This document shows, one piece after another, positions 62,130 through 64,000 of a stretch of DNA of 64,000 bases. Source of the DNA: Nanobdellota archaeon (GTDB taxonomy: Archaea; Nanobdellota; Nanobdellia; Pacearchaeales; GW2011-AR1); contig JAKADZ010000002.1 in the NCBI GenBank assembly GCA_021818475.1, positions 64,536 through 128,535 of the forward strand, written 5' to 3'. The notes under the pieces were generated by a model. The model worked only from the letters and a program-made list of their open reading frames with translations. It ran no database searches and was not told the origin of the DNA. The position numbers and the translations under genes are program-made. Positions within the stretch are counted from its first letter, which is position 1, and every line of letters starts with the position of its first letter.

Positions 62130-63827
62130 ATGGACAGAAAAGAATTAATAAAAAAATTCATTGATTTTTTCAAATCAAAGGGGCACAGGGAAATTCAGAA
62201 TTCCAGTCTGATTCCGGAAAATGATCCAACTGTTCTGTTTACAACTGCAGGAATGCATCCTCTTGTCCCATATCTCCTTGGCCAAAAACATCCCCAGGGA
62301 AAACTTTTGGTAAATGTTCAGAAATGCGTCAGAACAGATGATATAGATGAAGTCGGAGATGAAACACACCACACATTTTTTGAGATGATGGGGGATTGGA
62401 GTCTTGGAGATTATTTTAAGGAGGGGGCAATTACGAACTCATTTGAATTTCTGACTAAAATATTAAAAATCCCGAAAGAGAAAATTTCAGTAACTTGTTT
62501 TGAGGGGGATAAAGATGCCCCAAGAGATGATGAATCTGCAGAAATCTGGAAAAAATTAAGTATAAACAAAATAAAATTCCTCCCAAAAAAAGATAACTGG
62601 TGGGGGCCGGCAGGAAAAACAGGACCTTGCGGGCCTGATACAGAAATGTTTGTGAACAATGTTGAAATATGGAATGATGTTTTCATGCAGTACAATAAAA
62701 CCGAAGAAGGAAAATTCTCCCCTCTCGCTCAAAAAAATGTTGATACCGGAATGGGTGTTGAAAGAACACTTGCAATTCTTAATAAGTTAGATGATAATTA
62801 TCTTACAGACTGTTTTCTTCCGATAATAAATTCAATTGAAAAGGAATCAGACAAAACATACGGAAAAAATGAAAAAGATACAAAGGCAATGAGAATTATT
62901 GCAGACCACATTAAAGCATCAATTTTTATTTTGGGAGACGGGATTGTCCCTGGAAATAAAGAGCAAGGCTACATTTTAAGAAGATTGATAAGAAGAGCAA
63001 TACGGTACGCAAAAGATTTAGGGGAAAAATTTTCCGTTGAGGAAGTAGCAAAACCAGTTTTTGAAATTTACTCGGACTATGAACATTTAAAGAAAAATAA
63101 AAATAAGATTCTGGATGAATTAAAGAGGGAAGAAATTAAATTTCTGGAGACTCTTGAAAAAGGGATGAATATCTTCGAAAAATTAACAAAGGGCAAAAAA
63201 GAAATTGACTGCAAAGATGCTTTCCTTTTATATCAGAGTTATGGATTTCCTGTAGAAATGATTGAAGAAGAATGCAAAAAAAGGAAGATAAAATTCTCTA
63301 TAGAAAAATTTGAAAAAGAGTGCAAAGTTCATCAGGAACTTTCACGGACAGCAACTGCAGGAAAATTTAAATCAGGCCTGGCAGATGAATCATTGCAAAC
63401 AACAAAATTGCACACTGCTTCGCATTTGCTTTTAGCAGCATTAAGAATCGTATTAAAAGATAAAGAAATTATTCAAAAAGGAAGTAATATAACTCCGGAG
63501 AGATTAAGATTGGATTTTAATTTCCCGAGAAAACTTACCGATGAAGAAATCAAAAAAACAGAAGATTTAGTTAATAAGCAAATTCAAAAATCTTGTGAAG
63601 TTATAAGGCAGGAAATGCCAATCAAAGAAGCAAAAGAAAAAGGAGCAAGGGGTTCATTTGATTCAAAATACGGAGAAAATGTTTCAGTTTATACGGTAGA
63701 AGATTTCTCCAAAGAGATTTGCGCAGGCCCTCATGTAAAAAATACTTGTGAACTTGGACATTTCAAAATATTAAAAGAAGAATCTTCTTCATCAGGAGTC
63801 AGGAGAATTAAAGCAGTTGTGGAATAA
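62130..63827 (+). CDS. alaS: alanine--tRNA ligase, compact bacterial-like form (no C-Ala domain)
   Basis: 565 aa. FFKSKGHREIQNSSLIPENDPTVLFTTAGMHPLVPY, QKCVRTDDIDEVGDETHHTFFEMMGDWSLGDYFK, GPCGPDTEMF, VDTGMGVERT and RIIADHIKA. Editing-site HTASHLL and CAGPHV. Ends GVRRIKAVVE. Confidence 0.88.
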   Translation: MDRKELIKKFIDFFKSKGHREIQNSSLIPENDPTVLFTTAGMHPLVPYLLGQKHPQGKLLVNVQKCVRTDDIDEVGDETHHTFFEMMGDWSLGDYFKEGAITNSFEFLTKILKIPKEKISVTCFEGDKDAPRDDESAEIWKKLSINKIKFLPKKDNWWGPAGKTGPCGPDTEMFVNNVEIWNDVFMQYNKTEEGKFSPLAQKNVDTGMGVERTLAILNKLDDNYLTDCFLPIINSIEKESDKTYGKNEKDTKAMRIIADHIKASIFILGDGIVPGNKEQGYILRRLIRRAIRYAKDLGEKFSVEEVAKPVFEIYSDYEHLKKNKNKILDELKREEIKFLETLEKGMNIFEKLTKGKKEIDCKDAFLLYQSYGFPVEMIEEECKKRKIKFSIEKFEKECKVHQELSRTATAGKFKSGLADESLQTTKLHTASHLLLAALRIVLKDKEIIQKGSNITPERLRLDFNFPRKLTDEEIKKTEDLVNKQIQKSCEVIRQEMPIKEAKEKGARGSFDSKYGENVSVYTVEDFSKEICAGPHVKNTCELGHFKILKEESSSSGVRRIKAVVE

Positions 63828-63836
63828 TATTAGTTT

Positions 63837-64000
63837 TTATCAATTCTTTTTGGGTTGGGTTAAACTTAAGGTTAAAGCCCGCCAGAATTTACTTCATTAA
63901 CAATTTTTCTCGGAAATTTTTTCTTCACGCGAACTAAGTGAGTGTGCGACGGAAAATTCCTGTTTCCAGTCTTCGAAGGCAGGAAAAATTTTATTAATCC
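63837..64000 (+). repeat. modular intergenic repeat, copy (A-motif variant, attaacaattttt module, GC modules), cut by the window end
   Basis: ttatcaattcttttt at 63837-63851, 10 nt after the alaS stop. cattaacaatttttctc. cacgcgaactaagtgagtgtgcgacgg. Inverted repeat ttcctg...caggaa. Confidence 0.7.

Overview
This is a visibly AT-rich, gene-dense archaeal chromosome segment. Archaeal markers are aRF1 with NIKS/GGQ motifs, TFS, TFE, RpoL, NAC, Sec61-beta, RadB/Nre, GatDE, CDC48 and deoxyhypusine synthase. The small genes, many orphans and reduced enzymes are consistent with a DPANN-type archaeon; that assignment is inference. I call about 75 CDS and 2 tRNA genes: tRNA-Lys(CUU) with an intron, and tRNA-Arg(UCG). 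Many + strand genes have a TATA-like box 20-30 nt before the ATG, which suggests leaderless mRNAs. Translation genes are strikingly concentrated: valS, aRF1, gatC-gatA, aspS, ppa, gatE, gatD, gatB, proS plus a divergent proS paralog, alaS, taw3 and dys. The most unusual signal is not a gene. It is a modular, GC-rich repeat family present at 15 or more loci, and every clearly recognisable copy lies in the same (+) orientation. Its modules are: (1) a stop-codon-proximal TTATCACCTCTTTTT motif; (2) a hairpin that keeps its pairing through compensatory substitutions; (3) canonical G-quadruplex motifs; (4) a roughly 75-nt GC-rich module that also sits in frame inside two unrelated genes (Taw3-like and GatC-like), reminiscent of Rickettsia palindromic elements. 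Both tRNA genes are flanked by duplicated tRNA fragments. Other points of interest are two tiny poly-Lys ORFs behind perfect Shine-Dalgarno sequences, a proS / Na-solute symporter / degenerate proS-paralog operon, a Fic-like/nucleotidyltransferase islet that splits gatE from gatD, two repeat-rich surface proteins, and a propeptide-less proteasome-beta-like hydrolase. No rRNA, CRISPR array, transposase or integrase gene was seen.
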